DNA of 64,000 bases from Lama glama (Eukaryota). Under the pieces are notes generated by a model. The model was not told the origin of the DNA. It ran no database searches and worked only from the letters and a program-made list of their open reading frames with translations. The position numbers and the translations under genes were made by a program. This document shows positions 13,196-26,420 of this stretch, in pieces. Every line of letters starts with the position of its first letter. The first letter of the stretch is position 1. The stretch lies in the NCBI GenBank assembly GCA_028534125.1, contig CM052817.1, positions 24,182,001 to 24,246,000 of the forward strand. The letters are read 5' to 3'.

Positions 13196-13219
13196 TATGC
13201 TGTTCGCCAGCTGCTCTAG

Positions 13220-13415
13220 GATGGTGCTTCTCAGTCAAGGATGAGTTTCATATTTACTGGGAAACTTCTGGGAAAGTACAAATCACACACCCCTAGGCTC
13301 AATATCTGGGACTCCTCTGTATAAGTCTGAGGTTGGGGAAAAGTTATGTTTAATTTGGAAAAATCTACCCAGTGTGGCTATCATGCTTACCTCTGGTTGG
13401 GAACTATTTTCTCTA
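13220..13415. mobile_element. MER5-family hAT-Charlie MITE
   Basis: gtgcttctca...aagtctgaggttgggg...tctggttgggaactatt. Confidence 0.55.
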
Positions 13416-14009
13416 GAAGGCAGGAAATTTACTCCAGAGAGAAGCACATCACACTATATTTATTGCAGCTGACTTTCTTCCGCTTACTCCCTGACCACAG
13501 ATTATGCCATTGGACTGCCTTTGTGTCAGGGTTTCACTTTGTTTGGGTAAATTCTTTGCTGTCCCTTGCTTCTTTGCTTAACATCAGGGTTCTGTCTTCT
13601 GTTCTCCACTTAGAGATACTTTTCAACATCATTTTGAGAGTACATGTTGCTCTTTCCTGCTGAGCATTCTAAAAGGAGTGCATTTTTTAACAAACAGATC
13701 TTTCGAAGAGTATTTTTCAAAGCTTTAGGATTGGCATGCTCTTAGCTGCCTCCATCTGCTGCTACTCCCTGGATAGAACGACCTCTGTCACTTCATAGTG
13801 AGCTCCATATACCCAGAGGGTGTTTTTTCTTCACCCTTTTTCCTGTGATTACAAAATAAAACCCATGACTCCTTCCTTAAGTGTTTGTCAAAGGAGTGCC
13901 ATTTTGAGTCAAATCCTTCATTTTGCCAGACTTTCTCTAACAGCAGCATGGCTAGCCTCTCTGCCCTTATCAGTAAATGCCACTATTCCATGTAAAATCC
14001 AAAATATCT

Positions 14010-14235
14010 GGGGGGGAGGGTATAGCTTAAGTGGTATGCCTAGCATGCAGGAGGCCCTGGGTTCAATCTCCAGCACTTCCATTAAAAAAAAAATTACATG
14101 TATCAAAATTCATCAAATTGTACATCTGAAATATGTGTAGTTTACTGTACAGAAATTATACCACAGTAAAGTTGTTTAAAAATAATAATTAAATAAACTT
14201 AATTATCTTTAACCTCCCTCAAAAAAAAAAACTAA
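14010..14235 (+). mobile_element. camelid tRNA-derived SINE (Vic-1-like) interrupted by an ~85-bp L1M-like fragment
   Basis: Head ggggagggtatagcttaagtgg (A box) and gggttcaatctcc (B box); SINE tail aaataaacttaatta...cctccctc plus poly(A) at 14181-14231; TSD caaaatatct (14000-14009) / caatatatct (14236-14245). Confidence 0.88.
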
Positions 14236-15118
14236 CAATATATCTCTGCCTGTTTTTTTAAAGCCAGTTAGCAGAGCAGCATCACCCAAATTCTGAACCA
14301 CTGTCTGTGAATCTAAGGGACCTGGGGACTTGGGCATCCCTTAAGATTCTCTTCACATTTCCCTAAAGGGCAGAGACACCCATTGGAATTGGATTCCAGA
14401 AAAGTTCTGGGCACTATTAATCACTTTTCTTAAGTGAAGTCTCTAAGAACATATGTATAAGATATATGCAAGTATAAATACCTGTCAATGTGCTTTCTCT
14501 TCTAACAATAAGAACTTTCTAAAGGGATTTTGTTTTAGGTACAAATCTCTATCTTACAATAATAAAAATATGTAGGTTAAACAAAATATTTTTTAAACTG
14601 GAAAAGTTATAAAGCATAGAAATTAGAAGGGAATAAAACATCAATGCTAAAAAAAAAAACCCTACTTTTAAAATCCCTTTTAAAAAATAAGGAAACAACA
14701 TTTAAGAAAATGTACACTTGTGGTCTTAGTATATATATTACATTCACCATGCTGTCAAAGTTTTGCCTAGGTGGCCATCACAGCTCCGCTTCAAGCAATT
14801 CTCTAATTTCTGTGTTGTAATTTCAATGTGAAACTCTTGAAAGAGAATGTAATTAAGTGACTAATGCAGACCTCTGAGTGGGCTGTGTCCCAGACAGCAA
14901 TTCAGAATGGGTAACTATTTCTTTATCCCAAGAGGGTGAGATAACAGCATGCTGAGATCACATCCGTTCCATGAGAGAAAGACCATCTTGGATTATTAAG
15001 TCTTCCTAGTATTATCTTTGAAATGCCAGAAAAAGAACTTGAATGAAAATTAGGGCAGTCTTTATTTCTGGTTCTCAAATCTTGGGTAAGTCCTGAACTT
15101 CTCTACAGTTGCTCTAAT

Positions 15119-15705
15119 ATAGTGTTTCTTATTTTTTCATTTTTATCCCTATCCACCCAAAGAGCATTTAAAAAATGTTTCCAGGCCCCATCTGCAATCA
15201 ACTTAATCAGACTCTCCAGAACTGGAGAGTGGGCAAGGACATTCCCATTAGAATTACAGAAATTCCACAGGAGTTTCTGATTTGTATCCCTGGTTCAGAA
15301 GCACTAAATTTTCAAACAGTGGTACTCAAACTTTCCCATGTCTCAGATTCACCCAGAAGCATGGATAGATAGGAAATTTCTGGGCACCATCTTGAATTTC
15401 TGATTCCATAGTCTGGAATGGGGCTCAAGAATTTGCATTCCTAGTAAGTTCCCAGGGGATGTTGATACTGCTCACCTCAGGACCACATATCAAAGAGCAG
15501 TGTTCCGGTACTTTAAAATTCAAGTTTTTAAGACCTTATAACTCATCTTAAAAAGTGTGGTCCCCTGGCAGTCTGTTAGAAAGATACTTTTTGGGAGATT
15601 GTTGAAACGCAGAGTCATAGACCTGCCTCAGACCTACTAAATTAGCATCTACCTTTTTACCAAGATCCCCAAGTGATTCATATGCACACTGAAACTGAAG
15701 AACTG
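15119..15705. mobile_element. cluster of three MER5A/B-like hAT MITEs
   Basis: Three copies at ~15119-15305, ~15317-15502 (cagtggtactcaaactt...gaatttgcattcctagtaagttcccagg) and ~15545-15705 (opposite orientation, ctcagacctactaaattagcatct). Confidence 0.75.
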
Positions 15706-16570
15706 GTCTAAGCTTTCTTGAAATTTCTATGATTTGAATTTTGATAATCAGCTATTAAGCCTGCTCAGTAACAGCATATATTTTATCAATATAGCACAAA
15801 ATCCATAATTAGCTTTTGTATTTTAAAGTCCTTAATATCAAAATTAACTTCTATTAAAATATTATAAAATCTTTCGATCTTTTTATTTTTCTTTTCCTTA
15901 CCGTTACTTCCTGATCTGATATTTGAACATAATTTAATTGTATCTTGAGGTTCTTAAAAACTGTTTCTTTCACAACTTGGCTTTTGGCACACACAAAGTT
16001 CTGCTTAAATGACTCATTCATTCACGTCGTTCCTGCTGTGCCTTAGAGTGCATTTATATTTTATGTTGGCGCTTTTATCCTTTCTCTGTCTACTTCCTGC
16101 TGGGGTGTTTAGGGAGATTAGTTCATAAAATTAGTATCTGTAAGATATTACCAAGAAACCCTCCCATAGCAAATATTTCATAACATTTAAGCAACAAAGA
16201 ATTCTCTTTCTTCTGCCTTCTACCTCCTACCATAAGTAAGAACATGATTTTCTAAATTCCTCTAAAAATAGGTGTGTCTAGTATTGTGTAAAATCTTATA
16301 TTTCTTGTTTTATCTGACTAGTTATCACTCTTAGCTGAGTTCCTAGAGTACTTACTGTAATTTTGGCATTGAATATCCGTGGAATTGAACTATCGCAAAA
16401 TAGATGTAATATATAGTAGTTCAACAGATCCACAGCCAAAGCTCCTGTCCTTTCTCCTGCAGTCTCACTTTCATGCTTCATTTTAAAATGTCTCCTGCAG
16501 AGCTGCACCAGGATGAGTGAAGAATTTGAGGATTCCTCACTAACTTCCTCCTCATCCCACCCTGATCTCC

Positions 16571-17130
16571 TGTGTTAGTTATTTGATGCTGTGTCATGAA
16601 TTATCCTAAGTCTCAATGGTTTAAAACAACCAGTTCTTAATGCAGCTTCTGTGGATCAAGAATCCAGGTGCAGCTTAGCTGGGCCCTCCATCCTAAGGTC
16701 CTTATCGAGCTGGAATCAAGATGTCCACCAGGAGCTGTGATTATCTCATAGCTTGGCTAGGAGACATGGGCTCCCAGGCTCACTCATGTGGTTGTTGATT
16801 CAGTTCCTCACAGGTTGATGGGGTTGATGAACTGAGGGCTTCAGTTCCTTACTGACTGTCAGGAGGAGGCCTCCCTCAGTTCTTTGCTTCTCCATACAGA
16901 AGTTTATAACATGGTAGCTTGCTTCATCAAAGCAAGCAAGCAAGCAGAACCAGAGAGAAAGAGAGAGAGCAAATAAGAAAGAAATCATAGTCTTGTGTAA
17001 GATAATATTGACAGTGACAGCTTATCACTTTTGTCATGTTCTATTTATTAGAAGCATGACAGGAGGTCCAGCACCCACACAGGGGGAGGACTGCATAAAA
17101 ATGTGATTAACAGGGATCACTGGGATCATT
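16571..17130 (-). mobile_element. MLT1E/F-like MaLR LTR
   Basis: tgtgttagttatttgatgctg...ggtgcagcttagctgggccctc...gaactgagggcttcagttcctt...atggtagcttgcttcatcaaagc...ttctatttattagaagc. Confidence 0.85.
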
Positions 17131-17501
17131 CATTCATCTCACAATTCTCACCAACTCTCTCTTATACTCCTTAGAAAGCCATCCCTTGTTCTTTTTCTTC
17201 TTATACTTCACAGCCTCCTCCTCTCCTGCCTCCCTCCTCTCTTCCTCCACTTCCCCCTTCTTCTTCCTCTCCTGAACCAACATATATCATCATGCTTTGC
17301 AAAATGGGGACACTAAGCCTATTGGTAAATGGATCAGAATTTCATTATTGTATTATTTATTTGAAAGATGTTTAAGTTCTCTAATATGTTCAAAGAAATA
17401 GAAAAGCAGCCCCTTTCACCTGGGAGCTGGTCTGGCATTACCAGAGAGGCCTTGGTGTTGCTATGAGATGACCCAGGACTCAGAAGTAGCACGCGGTGTT
17501 C

Positions 17502-17954
17502 TGGTGAACGTAAAAATTTCACAGACCATCATCAGACAAGGCCATCCAATGCCTCTAATGGAGCAAGACTAAAAATACCATTGTTCAAACTACAAATATG
17601 ACCAGCTGTCCCCCTATTCTGGCTGTTTATGAGTAACTGCTGCTTCTTTACCAATGACAGCTTTAGTCTTGCTTCATTTCCTCACTTTCTAAATAAGAAT
17701 GATTATAATAGCCAACTGCAGAATTACTTCAGTTCCCCAATAGTATCTAATCCAGCAGCTAATCCCCACTTCCTTAACCCCCACCTCAAAATCACCTAAA
17801 GCCCAAGCCCAAGTCCTGTAAGTCCTTTCTAACATATTCGTATTGAGACATTCATAGTTTTCCTTGGTGTGCCTTCACTCTCATGTCAGCAATCAGTAAA
17901 TTAGCTTTCTTTGAGTATAGGTGATCCTGGTAGTCTTGGCTATGGGGCATTGGT
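17502..17954 (+). mobile_element. MER67-like ERV1 solo LTR
   Basis: atgagtaactgctgcttctttaccaatgacagctttag, aaatcacctaaagcccaagccc, taagtcctttctaaca and cctggtagtcttggct match the recalled MER67C/D consensus. Confidence 0.8.
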
Positions 17955-19279
17955 TGTTCTAACCATTCATCTTAAAAGTGATATAAATTAATCATTATGT
18001 ACCATTTGAGGAGGGTTTGTTTGCTATTATGTAACAGCCTTTGTTTCATTACTTTTTTCAAAACTTGATATATGAAAACAAAATATAGATGGCAGAGTTC
18101 TATTTTATTTGCTATAAATTACACAATGAAATCTTTGATTATAGGTCGTATGATTCTGAACAGCCATTAGGTCAATACTATATCCAGAAGGGAGTAGCCT
18201 CAGTCTTCTTTAGGATCTTACCCCTTCAACCCCACCTTCACCCAAATATAAATACATAATACTGAGCACAGGGTTGATTGCTTGGCAAGAACTGAAATAC
18301 AAGACTTCTCTAGGAAGTCTACATAATGTTGTTCTTCCACTGAAAGTTTGGCCTATTTTCTCCAAAAGCACTCTGCCTATGTGATGGCTTCTGAGTGTGT
18401 AGTAAGTAGTTACTTTGGAGTCTAACTTCCCCAGGCTTTAAGTCCATCCCTGATAGAAAGTTCAGCACTAGTAGAAGTAAGTTACCTCCTTTGTATTTCC
18501 AAGATATTGTTGGATATAAAACTTTCATTAAAAAACTAAATGCTATTCAACTAAATTCCATGTCTATAATTATATTTCTTTGAGCTTTAGTTTAATCATA
18601 CATAAAGGAATAAAAGTTGGAGTAACAAAATACTTAACTAGTGTGAGACAGCCAGTTTTTATTAATGTTGGATTACATATAAATTGACTTCACTATAGTT
18701 AGGCATATAGATAATTAAAAGAAAGCATAACAATGCCATTGATTAATGACACCTCTGATTTAGTAATTTTCAATTCCATTAAATTGTATTAGAACTTTAA
18801 AATAACATATTGTTGAGCAATCAGAATGTTAAAAAGGTGATTCTTGCCATTTGTCCTTGTAACAGAAGGGAATTAGGTCCATGACACAATTATTTCAAGC
18901 TCATCAGTCATTGTAAGTGTTTTTTTTTATTAAATTTATCTATCCTTTTAAATGTTAAATTTTTAAATTTGTAATGAAAATATAAGCTTATATCTAGTAA
19001 ATACCCCTTGTACTTTCTTTTCTTTTTTGAGTAAGAGGTAGATGGTCAAGAAGTAATAGAAACCATATAGAAAGAAGGTAGGAAGGAAGGAAAAAGACAT
19101 GTTCAGAATACAACAACAAACACCACTTCTGTAGAGAGGCAACAGCAGTGTTCTGTAGAGAAATCTAATTTTTTTGGCAGGGTGGGGGGTGTGAGTTGCT
19201 TGCTTGTCTTTTGTTTTACTTTCTATTTTTGGTTTTTAAAACCCAGACATGACCTATTTATTTTCCTTGGACCATATTA

Positions 19280-19980
19280 TTGGGGGATCAAAGCACCATG
19301 TAAAACAATTAACCAAAAAGAGTGATTAGAAATATAGGCCATATCATTCTAGGGCACATGGTAGCTGGTGGAGGAAAAAGTAAACTAAATTTGTCCATTG
19401 AACATTAAGAAGAATGCTTTCCAAACTATTCCAGTCAAAAGTAAGTATGTTTCTACAGCCTAGGATTTGAAAACAGAAGGTCAAAAGATCTCTAAGACAT
19501 AAATCTGATTAGATGTTGACAAATGATGCCAATGATGAAAAAAAAAGGTGGATATGATATCTTAAAAATCATCACTAAGACAGCTCTAGCAGGCCCAAAT
19601 TTAGTAGGAGTAAGTAGAAAAAGTAGATAAAGAAAAAGGCACATAATGTAGGATGAATATAGGAGAGGCGCAGATGTCTCAGAATAGTTTCTAGAAATAG
19701 AAATCCTAGAATAACCCAGGGCTTGTGAAAAAAGGTAAAAGCAAAAAAAAAAAAAAAAAGGTATTTTTTTCCTTACGTTTGGAGAAATAAAAAAGGAAGG
19801 GATATAGCCATTGCTTAGCACAGATTATGTAACACGAGGGGTAACACAATGAGAAGGTTCTCAAATTTTGTTTTTATCGTCTTTATTTATACTTAAATAG
19901 ATGATTTTCAGGACGAAAAGTTTAGAATGAACTTTGGAATAAGAGAAAAGGTTCTGAAAATAAGTAGGTGGTAGAAGGAA
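19280..19980 (+). mobile_element. L3/CR1 LINE ORF2 remnant
   Basis: gcttgtgaaaaaaggtaaaagcaaaa...ggtatttttt...aaaaaggaagggatatagccattgcttagcacagatt...gatgattttcaggac resembles the decayed CR1 K..KKGFF...KE.IGPLL region. Confidence 0.65.
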
Positions 19981-21549
19981 CTTCTGCTATTCCTATGCTA
20001 GCGATAAATCCTAAAAAGCTTTTGGAAATGTATTTTATCACTTCATCTTTATCACTTATATTTTAAATATTTTTCTTAATAATTTAATGCTTAGTTTTTT
20101 ATTACCCAAGGCAAAAATTTCTGTTTTATAGGTACATTTCAATGCTTATTTGCACATATTTTTCTCTACTGTTGGTAATTTATCAATTTAAGGCTATTGC
20201 TTGACTTATGACTTCAGTTTTTTTCATATATCTGATATACCATTTGCTATTCCATCTTTTATTGTAAATGGTAATTACCTAGTCAATCAACTGTAGGCTT
20301 CTGATCTATAGATCAGTTTTATGAGCCAGTACAATCCACATACACCCTCTCTTAAATAAATACAGTAGAAATGAAACGTCCTGTTTGGGTTTCAATATAT
20401 AATGATCTTCAGTAGACTGAATTCAATTTATTTTGTTATATTTTCGGGTCCTATGTATAAACTGAAATTGGGATATTATGCATCAAAATATGTTTCATCC
20501 ACTCCATTCCATGCAACAGGGATAAACTGTGACCCAGAGGCCCTGACACCGCATTATTTTTTGAGACTGTCTTGATTAGTAGTGAAGAAAGCAAAGAAAT
20601 TAAGTTAAGGCTACAAGAAGCAGAGGATGTTTAATTGGCCACCATGCTGACAGGCTGGGTAGGAAAGTTGGGTAGCCTGAAACAGAGAATGAGGAAAAAC
20701 TATGATTAGGGTCATGAGACAATTGAGGATTGTTTGCAGAGAATTCACTGCTGAAAAAGAGTAAGGCAGAAGCCTGCTACTAGGACGTATACTGCCAGGA
20801 AGGGAAGGAAAATTCAACCGAGGATGTGAGGAGGGAGCGGAGGAGAAGGAGCCTAATGAAGCCTGTGACAGAACCTCCAGGGAAGCACATACGGCAAACC
20901 CAGCTCTGGCTATTTCTAAAAGAAGGAGTCATGTAATACCTGGTGACACAGACATGACACGTGGATGTCTAATCTTCTGTATATGAGGATAAGGGAAATT
21001 CTGGAAGGGCATTATTAAAGCCACCTTGGGTTTACTAGACCTTGTCCTGCTCAGGGTGGCCTTTTTGAGGCCAGGGGCTGGGTCTTCATCGCTGCATGAC
21101 AGTGTCTCACAGAAAATGGGTATCAGATATGTGTGGGGCTGAATCTTGTTTTTATTGATGTATAGATAATTTTCAGTATTATATTATTTGATGGGATTGA
21201 ATCTTGAATATAGTTTGGTAAGGATAGAAAATTCTGTAAATACAAAAGTATCCAAAGAAGAAAAAGAAACTAACACTAATCTTTCTATGTAGCGGTAATT
21301 AGCTAAATTTTCAGTGCATTTCTTAGTCTTTTTCTATGCACTTATATAATTTTACATTTTTTTTATTGCTTCGGGAATTACAGAAAACTGTAAATACTTT
21401 TTCACTAAATGTATTAGAACATTTATTAGCCATTTAGTCTTTCTCTAAAGCATAAACTTAATACAATGCTTGCATACTAGTTTATGAAATAATAGTAGTG
21501 TTATAAGTGGAAGGTGCAGTAGTAGAAGGGACAATAGTAATAATACAGA

Positions 21550-21730
21550 GGTTGGCCAAAATCCGAGCATATTACATACTTACGGTTGTCAGAGCAAAAT
21601 TTTAAGTACCTTTTGTAGATTATTTTATTTAATCCTCAAAATGAGACTATACTATGTGAATTATACAGTACTCATTTTACAGATAAGAAACAGACTTTTA
21701 GAAGCCAAACAATTTGCAAGCTTATATGTA
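21550..21730 (-). mobile_element. MIR SINE
   Basis: ttatttaatcctcaaaa...ctcattttacagataagaaacagac. Confidence 0.75.
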
Positions 21731-22784
21731 TGTAAACCACGTGTATGTAAACCACATGATGGCAGAGAGAGAATAAGAGAGAGGGAGTAAAAGAGGAGAG
21801 CAGGAAGATTAATTGATTTAGTACAAAGACGAATTTGATCAAAAAACAGTATTAGGTCAGTTATGTACACTTTATCATACTCTGAGTCCTCATCCTTATA
21901 GTAAAATTTTTTTTCATTTTTAGGAATAAAAACTTCCTCTAAACTTTTTAAGCTTTACATGTTTTAACATACCATTTAAGGCAGACAATTTTATCATTAA
22001 AGATACAATGCATGGAAAACTAAGAGAATAACTAGAAGTCAAGTAGATAGCTTACTTTTTAACTTCCTGAACATAAAAATGGCAAAGGAGAAAAATCATG
22101 GGACATATTAAGTCTTAGAGGGGCATCTTCCAATAACTAGAATAGAGTTGCCCTATAAAAGAGAGTAGGAACTGAGAACTATTTGTAAGGCATTTACAAT
22201 ATACAGTTTATAGTAAAAAAATGGTTTTATTTCAAAAGGTATAAAATTAAGGCAATAAGAGGTTAACACTGTGATTCATCTCTACATTTGTTTTTTTTTT
22301 TTTTTGGTCTCTTTTTAAAACAAGTTATCAGTTATTTTGGATACTTTTTCTTAGCTCTTCTTATTTATTGCCTATATGAAAGTTAAATTAAAATGTACCT
22401 TAAATTTTATTCACTTTCAATCTAGAGAACATTTCTGTTCCTCTGTAGAATATATTGGTTGTGTCTGTCCAGAACACTTCAAATGAAAATGTAACATAAC
22501 ATTTTTGTTATATATTTCATTATAAATAATGACACAAGTTTTCCTGACCTCTTCCAATGCTGTCAAAATGTTAGACTTATGATGTAACTACACTCTAAAC
22601 TGACCTTTTCCTTAGTTTAAAAAAGCATCCTTAGTTTAAAAAAGACATCAGTTTATTCCTTTATTTCCTCTTGCATAAATTTTAAAGAAATAAAATTATG
22701 TAATTTGGAAATCGTTTTCTAGGGAAATAGCTTTCATAAAATTGAGTTTTTAAATCTCATAACATAAATGTAAAACCAGAAAAT

Positions 22785-23440
22785 ATTCAAGTTCAACAAA
22801 TTGAGCAAATATTTGTCCAGCACCTACTGTGTGCCAGATACTCTTCCAGGCTTGGAGCTACTTCAGTAGGTTTTGGAAGGAGGATCTATAGGAATTTCTG
22901 TTGGATTAAATGTGGTGAGAGAAAGAAACAGAAATCAAGGCTGGCTCCTCAACTTCACTTGAATAGGTAAGTGAATGTTCCTGCTTGTTTGTAAGATGGG
23001 GAAATCTCAGAGAAAAGATTTGTGGAGAAAATCATTAATTATCACTTAGATGCATTATTTCTGAATGCCTGTTACATCCAAACAGGCATACCTACTATGT
23101 GATTGTGTCTTATCCTCATAAATTTATGGAAAAGGTCAAAGCTGGAGAAATTAATTTGAGAGTGCTTAATATTAGATTGTATTTGAAGTCATGGTGCTGG
23201 ATAGGATTGTCTAAGGTGATAGTATAGAGAACAAACAGGAGAAAACCATCATTCAGCCCTAGATCACGCCAACATTTAGAGACCAAAGGAGGCGATGCAA
23301 CAAATGAACATGAGATGGACTGGCCAAGGAGACGGGAAGAAAACCAGCAGAATGTCATTTCATGGGGAAGAGAAGAAAGAACATAAGAAGGACTAGTTGG
23401 TTGACTCTATTGAATACTACTCAGGTTAAGAAATGCAAGT
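22785..23440 (-). mobile_element. LINE-2 fragment
   Basis: caaatatttgtccagcacctactgtgtgccagatactcttccaggc...ggtcaaagctggagaaattaatttgagagt...gaaaaccagcagaatgtcatttcatgg. Confidence 0.8.
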
Positions 23441-24599
23441 CTATTTGGTTCTTCCACTCATTGCCTTTCTCCTACCTCAAGTATATACACACATATATAG
23501 ATTGAAATCATATGTAGATGAGCAGACCAAATAGTCACAGCATTCTCTGAAGGCAAAGAGATGAATACAGATTATAAAGCACAAATGCTATGAAAGTAGA
23601 GACATTTATTCAATATGCCAAATCTGATTCTGAATGTTGAAAAAGAAAAAGCCTTGGTTACTAATCAGAAAGACCATGTTTTTATCACACTCTGTCGCTA
23701 GTTAGTGGCTTAAGAAAAATAATTTCATGTCATCATTTTTTTTTGTTTTTATTTTTAAAGCTGAGGAGTTGAATTAGATTATTTCAAGGTCTCGTCTAAG
23801 TCAGATTTTATAATTCTCCTCTGTGAAGGTCTTTTGACCTAGAAAAATGAGAAAAGATCAGATCTAAGATAACAATATAGGGTTCATGTTTTAGGGTAGG
23901 TAATTTTACACATAGGTTCTGTTGCAATAATACTGCTCTGCTTTTAAAGGCCTTATATTCTCTGAAATATGTACATCTAATTTAATTATTTAAGTTCAGA
24001 ATTGGGGTTTTCACAATAAATAAAATCTACCTGTACATCCATTTTGAATCTTTATACAAAAGATTTCTAAGTGAAATGTTAGTGCAGCCTTTAATTAAAG
24101 CAGTCTTCACAAATCTTTCAATGAGTAACATTTACAAGACTTTAAAAAGAGTTAGATAGCATCAGAGTACTTCACAAATTCATAGAAATGCTTAAATTGC
24201 AGTTTTTGATTTTGTTATGACAGTCCAATAAAATTGAATAATGGCTTCTCAGAGAATAAGAGTGGAATAAGCACACACGTATTTTATGAACACCATTTAT
24301 ACAGACTGCTGTGAACATTTTTTCAGTGAATGAGCTTTTTTAAAGTGAGCTAAAACTTTCAGTTACATTTATTTATTTGCTGGTGTATAGTAAGCCATTT
24401 TCTATTTGTTAAATCAACATATACATAATGTTTTATTTACTAAGTAGTGTCTGAATAGTTATTTAGAATTAAACGTGGTGTCATGGGGAGAAGGTCATTG
24501 TTTCTCTGCACTTAACCATATATGGGGGAACCTGGAGGAAGCGATCAGAAATCCTTTTTAGAAAAAGGGACTTTTAAGTCAGCCCAGAAAAAGGTGTTT

Positions 24600-24810
24600 C
24601 TACCAAAAATGTTAATACCAAAGAGCAAAACTTCACCTCCCTGCCAAAAGATAAGTAAACTCATGAGGAAACAATGAATACGAATCATCACAAACAAAAA
24701 TCACAAGAACAATTCTCAAATAATGCAGATGTTAGAATTATCAAAAACACAGAAATTCAAGTAAGTATGTTTAATAGACTGGAAGAAATAAGAAAGGCGG
24801 CAGAAAAAGT
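24600..24810 (+). mobile_element. old L1M/HAL1 ORF1 start remnant
   Basis: cagatgttagaattatcaaaaacacagaaattcaagtaagtatgtttaat encodes a decayed QMLELS..F...MFN ORF1-type motif. Confidence 0.55.
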
Positions 24811-25961
24811 TCAAGGTGTCCTCTAAATTCCCATTTTAACATAAGGTCTAATGTCCTTCTTGGACACGGGCAGGCATAGGCCAAAAGTGCCAACTGGGGA
24901 GCTGAGGGGGGAGGTGGATATAAGATGTGAGGCACCTGACTATTTTCCAGGGCTACGGTAAAGGTTTAGCAGCTGACACCTTGCTATGGATTCAGACAGA
25001 AGTCATCCAATCAAAGTTCTAGCACTTTCTGTCCTTAAGACCATAGACAAATCTCTGAACTTAGATCTGACATTGTTTTCTTTCTATAACTTTTGATTGT
25101 ATATGTCATATACACAGAGGAACATACGAAATGTAAATGAACATTCATTTAAACATTCCGATATTAAGATACAGTAGTACCTTGAAAGCTCTGTTCTCGG
25201 TCTCTCCTACCTAATCATCTCCCTATCTCCAGCCTTTAATCACTCTCCCTCAGAATGACCTCCATCCTAAATTTTATAATAATCATAACTTTGTTTTCAT
25301 TATACTTTACTTTTACCAACTATGCAGAGATCCGTAAACAATAAATGTTTCTTTTCCTTTACTTATTCATTCAGTAAACACGAACATAACACACATTACT
25401 ATTTTTACTTCATAAAAATGATGTGAAATTCATATGTAAATTAAGTAGCTGTAGCTTTATTTTCACTAGTGTATATTACACGGTAGGAATATATCATAAT
25501 ATATTTATACAATACGTATTTGGTGAACACTTGAGTTGTCTTCAGAATTTTTGCTATGACCATTTTTGCAATATACATCTTACAGAAAACATCATGGAAT
25601 GGAATTTCTGGATCAATATTACTGGATAATATCAAATTGCGTTTACAAGTGATTTTACTAATGTACTCTCCCAAGCAGAGCACAAGAGTCTCCTTCATTC
25701 AACATGCATCTCAGCACTCAGGATGGTCAGAAATTTTACTTTTTGCCAATATGAACTTTGTATTTTTATTTCTCATTGTGTTTTAATTTTTATTTCTGTA
25801 ACTACTGTTAAAATAAATTATTTTCATATATGTATTGGCCAATTGTATATTCTCTTTTATAAAGTTCTGTTCTATCTTCTGCTCTTTTCCTCTTAGGCTG
25901 TTTTACTTTATATTATGATTTCTTAAAAAATAAATACAAATATAAAACTAAACTTAAACAT

Positions 25962-26324
25962 TGGCTTAGTCCATTTAAAGTGCTATAACAAAATAGCATA
26001 GACTGAGTGGATTATAAACAAAGAAATTTATTTCTCAAAGTTCTGGAGGCTAGAAAAGTCCAAGATCAAGATGCTAGCAGTATTGGTGTCTGGTGAACAC
26101 TTGCTTCTTGGTTCATAAATTATCTTCTCGCTGTGTCTTCATATGGTAGAAGGCACAAGGAACTTCACTGAAATCTCGTTTATAATGGCACTAATCTCGT
26201 TAATGAGGGCTCCACCCTCAGGACCTAATCACCTTCTAAAAGCTCCACCTCCAAATACCATCACCCTGTGGATTAGGATTCTATATATGAATCTAGGAGA
26301 GAAACAAATATTCAGTCTATAGCA
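25962..26324 (-). mobile_element. MLT1A0-like MaLR solo LTR
   Basis: cttagtccattt...gctataacaaaatagcatagactgagtgg...gttctggaggctagaaaagtccaagatcaag...atgagggctccaccctcaggacctaatcacc...attcagtctatagca. Confidence 0.92.
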
Positions 26325-26420
26325 AACACAAACATAGACATAAATATAAACTAAACATGCAAATATATATATACACATTCTAGATAATAGTCCTTTGTCA
26401 GTCCATCAGAAAAATGTAGG

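Noticed and set aside
14010..14085. tRNA-like A and B boxes, also at 41735-41805
   Set aside because: These are SINE heads with A-rich tails and TSDs, not tRNA genes.
22610..22648. 19-bp tandem duplication (also ~15 bp at 21727-21755)
   Set aside because: Two-copy slippage duplications with no spacer structure; not CRISPR-like and unremarkable.
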